Source: an uncultured Candidatus Saccharibacteria bacterium
GTDB taxonomy: Bacteria > Patescibacteriota > UBA1384 > XYA2-FULL-43-10 > 1-14-0-10-43-13
Direction: 5' to 3'
Assembly: GCA_964543385.1 (NCBI GenBank)
Contig: CAZIYE010000001.1
Coordinates: forward strand, 360,001-392,000
DNA length: 32,000 bases
Shown here: positions 17,569 to 26,098 of the stretch, in pieces
Layout: the number at the start of each line of letters is the position of its first letter
How positions within the stretch are numbered: the first letter of the stretch is position 1
Made by a program: the position numbers and the translations under genes
The notes under the pieces: generated by a model
The model's database searches: none
What the model was told of the DNA's origin: nothing
Seen by the model: only the letters and a program-made list of their open reading frames with translations

Positions 17569-17871
17569 ATGAACAGATTGGCCAGATTCTTTTTCCGCCT
17601 GTTCGTTCCGGAAAGCAAAGCTTTCAAGAGCTTTCTACAAACAGTGTCAAACCGTCGATGCCGTCGAGAGATGGCAAAACGCTATCGTCCCAAGCCAGTC
17701 ACACCTGGAATTATTACCATCATCAGGGAGTCATGGCACCTTATGCTAGGGGCAAGTGATTGCCCCAAATGTGAAGGCGTTATGATCCCTCAAATCTTCT
17801 TTTCCAGCCCTGAAGACACGACGGGCACAAAAGGAGGTGAGGTATGCTCCAGATGTCAGCTAAAGCGCTGA
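17569..17871 (+). CDS. hypothetical small basic protein with a CxxC-x24-CxxC zinc-ribbon
   Basis: 100-aa ORF and the only long ORF in this interval. It has a strong SD, an Arg/Lys-rich N-terminus, and the motifs CPKC...CSRC. Composition is about 55% G+C (33/60 at 17641-17700) against AT-rich flanks. Confidence 0.5.
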   Translation: MNRLARFFFRLFVPESKAFKSFLQTVSNRRCRREMAKRYRPKPVTPGIITIIRESWHLMLGASDCPKCEGVMIPQIFFSSPEDTTGTKGGEVCSRCQLKR

Positions 17872-17957
17872 TGACGGCAGTAATGGCAAGTTCCGGTAGT
17901 GTATGTTGTTTCGACAATGTGCGCTACCACCCATTCACTTTTAAACATATACAAAAT

Positions 17958-17985
17958 AAAAAAGCTCCATTTCTGGAGCTTTTTT
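17958..17985. terminator. bidirectional intrinsic terminator (zinc-ribbon gene / RRM gene)
   Basis: AAAAAA-GCTCCA-tttc-TGGAGC-TTTTTT, lying between convergent genes. Confidence 0.7.
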
Positions 17986-18004
17986 ATTTATCAGTGCAGA
18001 ATAA

Positions 18005-18340
18005 TTATCTGTTGAAAGATCGTCCGCCACCAAAACCGCCATTACCACCGCCACGGTTGAAACCGTCACGTTTTTCTTGTGGTCTAGCAAGGTTGACGAA
18101 GATTTGTCTGCCTTCGATTTCTTTACCGTTCATCTCTTTGATAGCAATCTCTGCCATCTCATCAGTTTCAAGGGTAACGAATCCAAAGCCTTTTGATCTA
18201 CCATCATTGAATTTATCAGTGATGACTTTTGCTTCGACAACTACAACGCCTTCAATTTCGCTGAACATGCTAAGAAGCATTTCATCATCGACTTTGTAAG
18301 CTAAGTTGCTAACAAAAAGTTTGTTTTTTTCGTTTTGCAT
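18005..18340 (-). CDS. RRM-type RNA-binding protein with a Gly-rich tail
   Basis: 111 aa with RNP-2 LFVSNL, RNP-1 KGFGFVTL and a C-terminal GGGNGGFGGGRSF. Confidence 0.9.
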   Translation of the reverse strand: MQNEKNKLFVSNLAYKVDDEMLLSMFSEIEGVVVVEAKVITDKFNDGRSKGFGFVTLETDEMAEIAIKEMNGKEIEGRQIFVNLARPQEKRDGFNRGGGNGGFGGGRSFNR

Positions 18341-18448
18341 TTTGTCCTTTTGGGATCTATTTAAAAATCGACCTTTTAGTTTTTCCCCGGCCGATTCATT
18401 TAGTACATGATACTTAAATTCAGTTGGCGAGTAATTTAACTTGGGTTA

Positions 18449-18477
18449 ACAATACCATATTGAATAACATAAGTCAA
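18449..18477 (-). promoter_or_regulatory. candidate promoter of the RRM gene (about 105-nt 5' UTR)
   Basis: Minus strand shows TTGACT (18477-18472), a 17-nt spacer, then TATTGT (18454-18449). Confidence 0.4.
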
Positions 18478-18640
18478 TGTCAAAGCAAGAAACTACTGTT
18501 TAAAATAAATATTTACCGCAAGATCTGCTGGCTACAATTACTCTAGACCTATCTATCTGACATATTTAAGAGTAACGTTGATAATTGGGCACAAATTCTA
18601 GTCTAGTAATAGCCCCTCTAACCGAAAGCAGAACCTTAAA

Positions 18641-19837
18641 ATGAATATATTATTTATTTCCCCTAGTTCTCCGCGAGAAAGCATTGGCGGAGTTGAGCGA
18701 TATATCAATAATCTAATTGATTATTGCAAAAACCAACCAGAAATTAATACCAACATTCTCCTGCCGACATATGGTAAAGAATATGTTGAGGGAGATAATA
18801 ATGTCACTCTGTACTTTAATAATGATATTGCACTCGCCCCTAACATATCATCAGTGGAGGTTTCTGGTAAAGCTCGCTCTTTTGCAAATGCCGTTGAGAA
18901 GATCATCTTAGATAAGAAAGTTGATATTATTTGCGCTGAGAATTTCCAAATCGGTCTTTCGCCAGCGTATAGCATCTTGCTCAATATGATCTCCGAGATT
19001 CATAAGATACCTTTAGTTCTAAGGCTTCACTCCTTTGCAACCACCGATTTACAAAGAGAGCTTATCAACCAATTAATGTGGCAAAGGATTAGTTGTGTCA
19101 GCATCAGCGTTGCCGGAGACTGTTTTACTAAAGGTGCCGATATTCATACCCTCTCCACCGAATATCTTGGCGTGAACACAAAAGATTTTAATGACAAAAA
19201 ACAAGTCAGGAAAATTAAGGATGAATTATCGCTAAATAACAAAAACAAGATTATATTAACAGCATGCCGAATTATTGATGAAAAAAATAATATACTGGCA
19301 GAAAAAGGAGTCATAAATCTTATTGAATCATTTTCAAAGATTTTACCTCGATATCCCGATCTCAAATTGTTAATTGCCGTTGGTAAACCACCCGAAAGCC
19401 TGAAGAATGAATTCAACGTTGCTCTAGAAATGTTAGCGGGGTATATACAGATTCACAACGTATCAGAGCAAACCATCATTAAAATATTCAGTTTAGAAGA
19501 AATGCCCGATGTTTACCGCGGCTCAGATATATTTGTCTTGGCATCAGAAAACGAGACTTTCGGCCAAGTTTTTATAGAATCTATGGCGTGCGGCCTACCT
19601 GTCATCGGCACAAAAGTCGGTGGAATTCCAGAGATTATAAGCGATTCCTATAATGGTTATTTGGTTCCACCAGGAGATGCTAGCATATTGGCACAGAAGA
19701 TAGAAGCAATGCTCAATAATCACTCAATAAGAGAAAGCTTTATAAAAGCTGGCAAGAAAACTATCCAAGAAAAATTTACCCTCGAAAAACAGTTTGGGAG
19801 TTTTATAGAAATGCTAAAGGGAATGATTCAAAAATAG
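18641..19837 (+). CDS. glycosyltransferase family 4 (GT-B fold)
   Basis: 398 aa with the C-terminal GT4 motif ENETFGQVFIESMACGLPVIGTKVGGIPEII...GYLV. Confidence 0.85.
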   Translation: MNILFISPSSPRESIGGVERYINNLIDYCKNQPEINTNILLPTYGKEYVEGDNNVTLYFNNDIALAPNISSVEVSGKARSFANAVEKIILDKKVDIICAENFQIGLSPAYSILLNMISEIHKIPLVLRLHSFATTDLQRELINQLMWQRISCVSISVAGDCFTKGADIHTLSTEYLGVNTKDFNDKKQVRKIKDELSLNNKNKIILTACRIIDEKNNILAEKGVINLIESFSKILPRYPDLKLLIAVGKPPESLKNEFNVALEMLAGYIQIHNVSEQTIIKIFSLEEMPDVYRGSDIFVLASENETFGQVFIESMACGLPVIGTKVGGIPEIISDSYNGYLVPPGDASILAQKIEAMLNNHSIRESFIKAGKKTIQEKFTLEKQFGSFIEMLKGMIQK

Positions 19838-19863
19838 TTAACAGAAAATTGTACTATATACAT

Positions 19864-19895
19864 AAAAAAAGATCGATAATAATCGATCTTTTTTT
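19864..19895. terminator. bidirectional intrinsic terminator
   Basis: A7-GATCGAT-aata-ATCGATC-T7. Confidence 0.7.
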
Positions 19896-19896
19896 A

Positions 19897-19982
19897 TGGT
19901 ACCCGAGGCCGGACTCGAACCGGCACGCTGTTTAGAGCAAAGGATTTTAAGTCCTTCGTGTCTACCATTCCACCACTCGGGC
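19897..19982 (-). tRNA. tRNA-Leu (anticodon UAA), CCA encoded
   Basis: Manual cloverleaf fold: acceptor GCCCGAG/CTCGGGT, anticodon loop CTTAAAA, long variable arm, T-loop GGTTCGAGTCC, 3' ACCA. Confidence 0.9.
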
Positions 19983-19989
19983 ATATCAG

Positions 19990-20949
19990 TTACACAACTC
20001 GCCAACCGTTTCCATCAATCTCTAGCTTCCCTTCGATTGTAAAGCCAGAGGCTTTTTTATGACCACCACCACCTAGCAATTTTGCTAATTGAGCAAGATC
20101 AATATTATCACAATCAGTGCGTAAACTGCCTTTGATTTTAGCATCTTTGGTCTCATAAAGCAACAAAGCGGCCTTCGATTCTGGTGCAGAGTTTAGAAGG
20201 TTTACAAGCCCAGATACGTCATCATCGTTAGCACCACAATCCTGTAAATCACTTTGGGTAACTACTGAAATTGATATACCTAAATCCTTGTTTAATATCA
20301 TCCTATTTAAAGCAATCCCCCAAAGTTTAAAAACGGAAACAGGTTTATGGATAGAGATATTTTCCGAAATTTTTTGTAGTTTGGCTCCTCTTTTGAGTAA
20401 GTCAGCCGCAATACCTAAGACAGTTTCCGTTGTATTTGAATGACGAAAACCACCAGTATCGTAAAAAATCCCTGTCAAAAGAGCCGTGGCCGCTGATGGA
20501 GTAATCTCGTGGTTTAGGCCAACTAGAATATTGTAGATTAACTCTGATGTGGAAGAGACATCCTCATTGGAATAATTTACATCTGCGATCTTCCAAAGAT
20601 CATTTTTGGGATGATGGTCGATATTTATTACCGGGACGCCATTTCCCATAGCTAATGTTATCTCCTCGACAAAACCTGTCCTTCGGAAATCACCATTGTC
20701 CAGGAGAATAATCGCCTCAAATTCTTTTCGAGGAAAAGTATTTTCTATAAGAAGAGAATCGTTTAAATAATGTAGAATCGCTGGGGCTGCATCCCTGCAG
20801 ACGAGATGAACATCCTTCTTTTTCGTCTTTAGTACCTCAGCAAGACTAAGCATAGAACCGATAGCATCGCCGTCTGGCTCAATATGGCAAACCAAAAGAA
20901 AGCTTGCTTTGTCCTCCAACAGTTTCTTTAGTTTATTGAAAGAGCCCAT
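19990..20949 (-). CDS. nrnA: DHH/DHHA1 phosphoesterase (NrnA-like nanoRNase / pAp phosphatase)
   Basis: 319 aa with motifs HIEPDGDAIGS, NIDHHP and a DHHA1 GGGGH. Confidence 0.8.
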   Translation of the reverse strand: MGSFNKLKKLLEDKASFLLVCHIEPDGDAIGSMLSLAEVLKTKKKDVHLVCRDAAPAILHYLNDSLLIENTFPRKEFEAIILLDNGDFRRTGFVEEITLAMGNGVPVINIDHHPKNDLWKIADVNYSNEDVSSTSELIYNILVGLNHEITPSAATALLTGIFYDTGGFRHSNTTETVLGIAADLLKRGAKLQKISENISIHKPVSVFKLWGIALNRMILNKDLGISISVVTQSDLQDCGANDDDVSGLVNLLNSAPESKAALLLYETKDAKIKGSLRTDCDNIDLAQLAKLLGGGGHKKASGFTIEGKLEIDGNGWRVV

Positions 20950-21010
20950 TTAAGAAAATCCCGGGTTTAGAAGATGAAAAAACCGAATAATTATATGTCT
21001 TTTCTGGTCA

Positions 21011-21499
21011 CTATTGGTTTTTCAGAATGATGATCTGTCTTTCTTCTTCTGGTAGATCTGATTTCCTAATCTTTAAAATATCAATCTCATTATCTGTTAT
21101 TCCCTCGCTCTTCTTAAACTCAGCGATATCACTATAAAGCATCGGGATAACGACTCGAGGATCTATTTTTGAAACCAATTTTAGAGCTACCTTCAAGTCG
21201 ATAGTGTCCATTTCTCCAAGTGGAAGAAATAGAATATCAACATCCCCTATCTGTTTGATTTCTTCTTCTGAAAGTTCATGTTTAATGTGACCAAGATGAC
21301 ACAAATTCACCTCCTCAACTCTAGCCACATAGATGGTATTATCTTGATCAGCAATACCGTTTAAGATAACACCACCCTTCTCATATTCTCCAGGTCCTGG
21401 AAAAGTGAAATTATTTATGGTGACTTTATCAGCCAATATGACATCGAGATCTTTTGATTTTATCTCAAAATAATCTTTGCCCTTATATTTGATCTGCAT
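21011..21499 (-). CDS. MBL-fold (UPF0173/YtkL-like) protein with degenerate metal site
   Basis: The C-terminal half matches the family pattern (DILFLPLG...D...A..L....PRVVIPMLY), but no HxHxDH motif is present. I prefer the ATG at 21499, which has a GGAGG SD 5 nt upstream. Confidence 0.55.
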   Translation of the reverse strand: MQIKYKGKDYFEIKSKDLDVILADKVTINNFTFPGPGEYEKGGVILNGIADQDNTIYVARVEEVNLCHLGHIKHELSEEEIKQIGDVDILFLPLGEMDTIDLKVALKLVSKIDPRVVIPMLYSDIAEFKKSEGITDNEIDILKIRKSDLPEEERQIIILKNQ

Positions 21500-21585
21500 A
21501 TTTCCTCCGCACAATTTAATTTCTTTAGCCAGCTTGTTTTGCCCTGTACGCCCTTAGTTCAATGGAACAAAACAATATAGAATAA

Positions 21586-22851
21586 TTATTCTGTGATCTC
21601 TTCAACCTTTTTTGTCTTTTTGACTTTTTTTCCGTCTAGGCTCGCCTTAGCCGAGACTGACGGTTTCTCTACGGCAATTGCTTCGGTTTTCTCTTCAACA
21701 ACTTCAGCCTCTTCTTTTGCTTTTGTCTTGGTCTTTTCAGTTTTTCCATCAACTTTCATCGATAGACCAAGTCTATGATTTTCAGCCTCTATAGAAATAA
21801 TTTGGAATTTATATTTCTTTCCGAGTTCAACAATTTGTCCTGGATCAACGATTCTGTCTGAGGACAATTCTGAGATATGGACCAAGCCATCGATATCCTC
21901 ATCTAGGGATACAAAGGCGCCAAATGGTGTAATCTTAGTTACTTCACCTTCGACAACATCGCTAACTTTGTATTTAGAAGCTGCCTTGACCCAAGGATCT
22001 GGTAAAAGTCTTTTTACTGAAAGCGAAACACGACCATCATCAACTGAAATTATCATTGTTTCGACTTCATCACCAACTTTGAAAAGCTTGTGTAGATCAT
22101 TTACTCTTGTCCATGAAATCTCAGAAATATGTGCTAAAGCTTCAATTTCTGGATCGATTGAGACAAATAGACCAAAATCTACTATGCCGGTAATCTTACC
22201 TTTGACCCTGTCGCCAACTTTGAATTTATCAATCTTTGTCTTGACTTCCTGAGCCTTAACAGCTTTTTCAGAGAAGATGAGTTTGTTAGTATCTTTTTCA
22301 CAATTTATAACTTTTACTGCAATTTCCTGACCAATAAATCTTCGTAATCTGTTTAAAATTTCATCTTTATCACCGCCAGAAACACGTGGATAGTGAGCTG
22401 GAGCTAACTGCGAAACAGGCAAGAATCCGAGGATTCCTCCGACATCAGCAATCAAGCCGCCCTTATTTGCATCAGTAACTTTGATAGAAACAGGTTCGCC
22501 AGTTTTATAACCATTCTCCATTTCAAGCCAGAATTTTTCTCTGTCAGCACGTTTCATCGAGAGAACGACGTTACCGTCCTCGTCCTCCATAGCAACGACT
22601 GTTGCCATGATTTGGTCACCCTTCTTTAAGCCAGTTTTCGAAGTAATTTCTTTTTCTGGAATAAAACCAAGGGACTGTCCGGCTACATCAACCCAGATTC
22701 TGTTACCACTGACGGCTAGAATTGTTGCGTCAATCATTTCTCCTTCAGCAAAAGGCAACAGTCTATCACCTAATTCATCAATAAGCTGCTCCATGGATTC
22801 TGCTGCTGGGGCATTTTTCTTTTCTTCTACAATCTCTTTCTCTTCTGTCAT
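21586..22851 (-). CDS. rpsA: 30S ribosomal protein S1 (four S1 domains, Lys/Glu-rich C-terminal tail)
   Basis: 421 aa with repeated S1/OB motifs (G.V..I...GaFV.l....GlvHiSEls). The tail is KTEKTKTKAKEEAEVVEEK. Confidence 0.9.
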   Translation of the reverse strand: MTEEKEIVEEKKNAPAAESMEQLIDELGDRLLPFAEGEMIDATILAVSGNRIWVDVAGQSLGFIPEKEITSKTGLKKGDQIMATVVAMEDEDGNVVLSMKRADREKFWLEMENGYKTGEPVSIKVTDANKGGLIADVGGILGFLPVSQLAPAHYPRVSGGDKDEILNRLRRFIGQEIAVKVINCEKDTNKLIFSEKAVKAQEVKTKIDKFKVGDRVKGKITGIVDFGLFVSIDPEIEALAHISEISWTRVNDLHKLFKVGDEVETMIISVDDGRVSLSVKRLLPDPWVKAASKYKVSDVVEGEVTKITPFGAFVSLDEDIDGLVHISELSSDRIVDPGQIVELGKKYKFQIISIEAENHRLGLSMKVDGKTEKTKTKAKEEAEVVEEKTEAIAVEKPSVSAKASLDGKKVKKTKKVEEITE

Positions 22852-22871
22852 TTTACATTTTCCTTTCTAAT

Positions 22872-22968
22872 CCTCTGATCTCGTCTGAGATAGAGGGGGG
22901 TCATCCAGTTCTGCTGGATGTTTACCCTGTGAAATGTCGCCAATCGCCTTGGCCAATATTTCACAGGG
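22872..22968 (-). promoter_or_regulatory. three-hairpin structured leader upstream of rpsA
   Basis: Hairpins lie at 22925-22968 (CCCTGTGAAAT/ATTTCACAGGG with an inner GCCAA/TTGGC), at 22902-22920 (CATCCAG/CTGGATG) and at 22872-22896 (CCTCT-ATCTC/GAGAT-AGAGG). Confidence 0.4.
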
Positions 22969-22992
22969 CGAACTATTGTTAATTAATAAATA

Positions 22993-23400
22993 TTATCTTT
23001 TCTTTTTTGCCTTTGATTTCGGTAAATATTTGTCAAATCTCGAGTTAGTCTCTTGCTCCTTCTGATAAACCGGTAAAAGCCTTGTTGTATTCATTGCAAG
23101 TGTAATAAGCCATGCAATAAATGTTGTTATAACCAAAATCAGAAAAAATCTTGATGCAAGCCATGGCAATTGTTCATATCTTGCCCCCAGATGCACCATT
23201 CCCAGAAACCCAGTTAATATAGAAGGCGTTATGTACCCCTTCCATATCTTTACATGATCTTTTCTGATGAATATCCAAAGTGTGATTCCTATCAAAATAA
23301 GCAAACAAAAGGAAATCATCAGAGGAATATAAAAATCAGATTGAACCGGTGGTACGGAGCTGAAGATAAATTCTTTTGTTAAAAACTGTGTTGTGTTCAT
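22993..23400 (-). CDS. hypothetical polytopic membrane protein with a basic tail
   Basis: 135-aa ORF with 3-4 hydrophobic segments and a C-terminal KSKAKKKR. No motif recognised. Confidence 0.5.
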   Translation of the reverse strand: MNTTQFLTKEFIFSSVPPVQSDFYIPLMISFCLLILIGITLWIFIRKDHVKIWKGYITPSILTGFLGMVHLGARYEQLPWLASRFFLILVITTFIAWLITLAMNTTRLLPVYQKEQETNSRFDKYLPKSKAKKKR

Positions 23401-23413
23401 AATTTACTTTCTT

Positions 23414-23500
23414 TGGTGGGCAGAACAGGACTTGAACCTGCACGGGATTGCTCCCACTACCACCTCAAGGTAGCGTGTATACCAATTTCACCACCTGCCC
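23414..23500 (-). tRNA. tRNA-Leu (anticodon GAG), CCA encoded
   Basis: Acceptor GGGCAGG/TCTGCCC, anticodon stem-loop CTACC-TTGAGGT-GGTAG, long variable arm, T-loop GGTTCAAGTCC. Confidence 0.88.
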
Positions 23501-23508
23501 CTATTTTA

Positions 23509-23585
23509 TGGTGCGCGCTGAGGGACTTGAACCCCCGACATCCTCGGTGTAAACGAGGCGCTCTAGCCAACTGAGCTAAGCGCGC
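23509..23585 (-). tRNA. tRNA-Val (anticodon UAC), CCA encoded
   Basis: GCGCGCTTAGCTCAGTTGG... with anticodon loop TTTACAC and T-loop GGTTCAAGTCC. Confidence 0.9.
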
Positions 23586-23669
23586 ATGATACAAAAAAAC
23601 GGGCACCAACCCGAATAATACTCTTTAACAATATTCAAGATGGTTTAATAATTTAAGTAACTAATACAG

Positions 23670-23698
23670 ACTATAACAAATATCTCTCAAAATGTCAA
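23670..23698 (-). promoter_or_regulatory. near-consensus sigma70 promoter for tRNA-Val/tRNA-Leu(GAG)
   Basis: Minus strand shows TTGACA (23698-23693), a 17-nt spacer, then TATAGT (23675-23670). Confidence 0.55.
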
Positions 23699-23711
23699 AA
23701 CAGAAAAACGT

Positions 23712-23796
23712 TGGTGCCGAAGGCGGGATTTGAACCCGCAATCCGTGAGGAACACGGTTCTGAACCGTGCGCGTATGCCAATTCCGCCACTCCGGC
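23712..23796 (-). tRNA. tRNA-Leu (anticodon CAG), CCA encoded
   Basis: Acceptor GCCGGAG/CTTCGGC, anticodon stem-loop CACGG-TTCAGAA-CCGTG, long variable arm, T-loop GGTTCAAATCC. Confidence 0.88.
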
Positions 23797-23824
23797 ATTT
23801 TCCGATTCCCTTCCCCTTTTCACT

Positions 23825-25336
23825 TTATCTTTTTACCCTTTTTTCCTTTATATACCATTTCGAGATATTGTCATACCTGGAATAAGGTTGTGCACCTAAA
23901 ACAGTGCCAATGCCTTTGATATTATCCTTGGCCCCAAAATTATAACTTATTGGGTCATAAAGTTGTATCAAATATTCTTTAGTAACCAGATCAAAGAATT
24001 CATCATATTTTTTATTCCTAGCCGCAACATCAGTTACCATTCTTGCATCCTCTAATAGAATATCAGAATTCTTATCAGACCAGCCTGCAAAGTTTTGGTC
24101 ATTTAGCTGACTAGAATGCCAAAAAGGATACGGATCACGATCATAAGCGAAATCAAATCCATAGAGCAGTAAATCATAGTTCTTGGCTGCTAAAATATCC
24201 TGAAGCTTAACAGCACTGAAATAGAAAACTTCTAGTTGAATATTTTGGCTCACAAAATTTTTCTTTATTTCCTCTGCTTTATCGCGCTGAAGCGGAGAGT
24301 CAAGAGTTGTGAGACCAATACTGATGGCTGTATCAAATTTTTGACCTTCAAGTATTTTCTGGCGTACAGCTTTATCTTTTAATTTATCGCTTCTTGAATT
24401 AAAAATTAAACCCAACCTACGCGACGATCTAAAATCATATTTATTTCCGATTGATGATGCCTCCCCGAAAAGACCATCTATCTTGTCATCATCTGTGAAG
24501 GCATTTTCAGCATTGCCCCTTTGGGGATAAATCTTTATACGTAAATCTTCGATAAATACCTTGCTACCAAAATAATTATTGTTGCGTTTCAATCTTATTT
24601 CTGTAATCTTGTCAGCTTTCTTCAATACTTTAACGAATTCAAAAGCCCCTGAACCAACTGGCTTTCTGGAAAAATCACTGCTCGATACAGCAGCTGGGAG
24701 TATGCCAAAGTTACAGTTATATATAAATGGTCCGTAAGCACTCGGTAACTCCATTAGAATAGTATACTGATCTATCACGCTGATCTGAGTATCCACCCAT
24801 CTTTTATTCAATGGACTTTTCAATTCTGAGGCCTTAATAGAATCGATAGTATAAGCAACATCTTGAGCAGTGAATTGTAAATCATTAACAAATTTTACAT
24901 CCTGCCTTAGATAAAAAGTATATTTTTTACCATCAGGAGAAATCTCATATCTTTCGGCAAGTTCCGGCATGATATTGCCATCAGCAGATATTCGTATAAG
25001 ACTAGAAAACATTAGGCTAGAAAGACTTTTCTCAGCATCAGTTTGAGCCAATATCGGATTTAAATATTTTATTTCTCCCAATACTGCCTCAGTGTACTGC
25101 CCCCCAACCGCTGGCTCTATGACAGTCCAACCTAAATACGATCTGTAAAACTTGAACCCCAAGAGGGATATAGAAACAAAAAGGAGCGTAAACATTAAAT
25201 ATCGCTCCTTTTTTGCCATCAAACCATAGCTCGTACTAATATTTTTCAATATACTGAATAAAAGTGAAAAAGGTTTCTTTAGAAACCCAAAAAAATTACT
25301 ATCCCTCCAAGAGGAAATTTTAAATTTATACTTCAT
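23825..25336 (-). CDS. ABC-type solute-binding protein, family 5 (peptide/nickel type), membrane anchored
   Basis: 503 aa with the family-5 pattern (VGSGAFEFV...LKRNNNYFG). There is an N-terminal hydrophobic anchor. The alternative start at MAKKERYL would remove a 40-aa extension. No cognate permease or ATPase is adjacent. Confidence 0.7.
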   Translation of the reverse strand: MKYKFKISSWRDSNFFGFLKKPFSLLFSILKNISTSYGLMAKKERYLMFTLLFVSISLLGFKFYRSYLGWTVIEPAVGGQYTEAVLGEIKYLNPILAQTDAEKSLSSLMFSSLIRISADGNIMPELAERYEISPDGKKYTFYLRQDVKFVNDLQFTAQDVAYTIDSIKASELKSPLNKRWVDTQISVIDQYTILMELPSAYGPFIYNCNFGILPAAVSSSDFSRKPVGSGAFEFVKVLKKADKITEIRLKRNNNYFGSKVFIEDLRIKIYPQRGNAENAFTDDDKIDGLFGEASSIGNKYDFRSSRRLGLIFNSRSDKLKDKAVRQKILEGQKFDTAISIGLTTLDSPLQRDKAEEIKKNFVSQNIQLEVFYFSAVKLQDILAAKNYDLLLYGFDFAYDRDPYPFWHSSQLNDQNFAGWSDKNSDILLEDARMVTDVAARNKKYDEFFDLVTKEYLIQLYDPISYNFGAKDNIKGIGTVLGAQPYSRYDNISKWYIKEKRVKR

Positions 25337-25339
25337 AAT

Positions 25340-25558
25340 TTAAGCAAAGAATACAGAGAAGAGGGCAATGGTACAGAACAAAACAGCAACTACTATAGTA
25401 GCGTAAAATAAGAACTTTTCGACCCCGCGACGTGAACGGTAGACATTTCCCTCTCCTCCAAAAGCCATACCTAAACCCGAACCGCGTTGTTGCAGCAATA
25501 CTAAAACGATTAGCAATACTGCAAAAATAATTTGTAAAATTTTAAATGTGTCAATCAT
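25340..25558 (-). CDS. secG: preprotein translocase subunit SecG
   Basis: 72 aa from the ATG at 25558 (MIDTFKILQIIF...LLQQRGSGLGMAFGG). The longer track ORF (to 25726) runs through tRNA-Gly, so I shortened it. Confidence 0.8.
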   Translation of the reverse strand: MIDTFKILQIIFAVLLIVLVLLQQRGSGLGMAFGGEGNVYRSRRGVEKFLFYATIVVAVLFCTIALFSVFFA

Positions 25559-25565
25559 AATTTTT

Positions 25566-25640
25566 TGGAGCGGGTAACGGGAGTCGAACCCGTATTTCGT
25601 CCTTGGCAAGGACGCATAATAGCCGCTATACGATACCCGC
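25566..25640 (-). tRNA. tRNA-Gly (anticodon GCC), CCA encoded
   Basis: Acceptor GCGGGTA/TACCCGC, anticodon loop TTGCCAA, T-loop GGTTCGACTCC. Confidence 0.9.
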
Positions 25641-25731
25641 AAATATTTAACTTTACAATGACCAATTCTAAAACAATTTCTCAAGAAATTCAATCCTTGA
25701 AGAAAAATGAACCTAACAATAACCAATTTCT

Positions 25732-25805
25732 TGGAGGCCTGGTCGGGAATCGGACCCGACTACGCGGTTTTGCAGACCGCTGCCTAACCTCTCGGCCACC
25801 AGGCC
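25732..25805 (-). tRNA. tRNA-Cys (anticodon GCA), CCA encoded
   Basis: Acceptor GGCCTGG/CCAGGCC, anticodon loop CTGCAAA, T-arm TCGGG-TCCGATT-CCCGA. Confidence 0.88.
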
Positions 25806-25886
25806 AAAAACTTCAAGCTTCGTTTAAGTTCAAGGCAAACCTTTAATAGAAATGGCCTGCCATGAATCCAGCTTCGCTGTGGTTCA

Positions 25887-25961
<75 letters not shown>

Positions 25962-25995
25962 GTAAACACAACATATTTAATATAAAACTTCAAAT

Positions 25996-26024
25996 ATAGT
26001 AGCATAGATTCACTATCCAGTAAA
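25996..26024 (-). promoter_or_regulatory. candidate promoter for the tRNA-Phe/Cys/Gly-secG transcription unit
   Basis: Minus strand shows TTTACT (26024-26019), a 17-nt spacer, then TACTAT (26001-25996), about 28 nt upstream of the tRNA-Phe 5' end. Confidence 0.35.
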
Positions 26025-26098
26025 GACTGTTACGAATAGCATTGCGAAATTACTAATAATAAAGTAATTTATAAATTACTAAGAGAATAAGGAGATTT

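Noticed and set aside
17844-18299. 151-aa plus-strand ORF
   Set aside because: It is antisense to the RRM gene (RNP-1 and RNP-2 present), and its Pro/Ser-rich translation reads through the terminator.
23593-23613. A7 plus CGGG/CCCG mini-hairpin between the tRNA promoter and tRNA-Val, as a terminator
   Set aside because: The 4-bp stem is too weak, and the position between a promoter and its tRNA makes no sense for a terminator.
23711-23899. 62-aa ORF, plus the 93-aa ORF at 25565-25846 and the long form of secG (to 25726)
   Set aside because: All run through tRNA genes, so they are artefacts of ORF calling.
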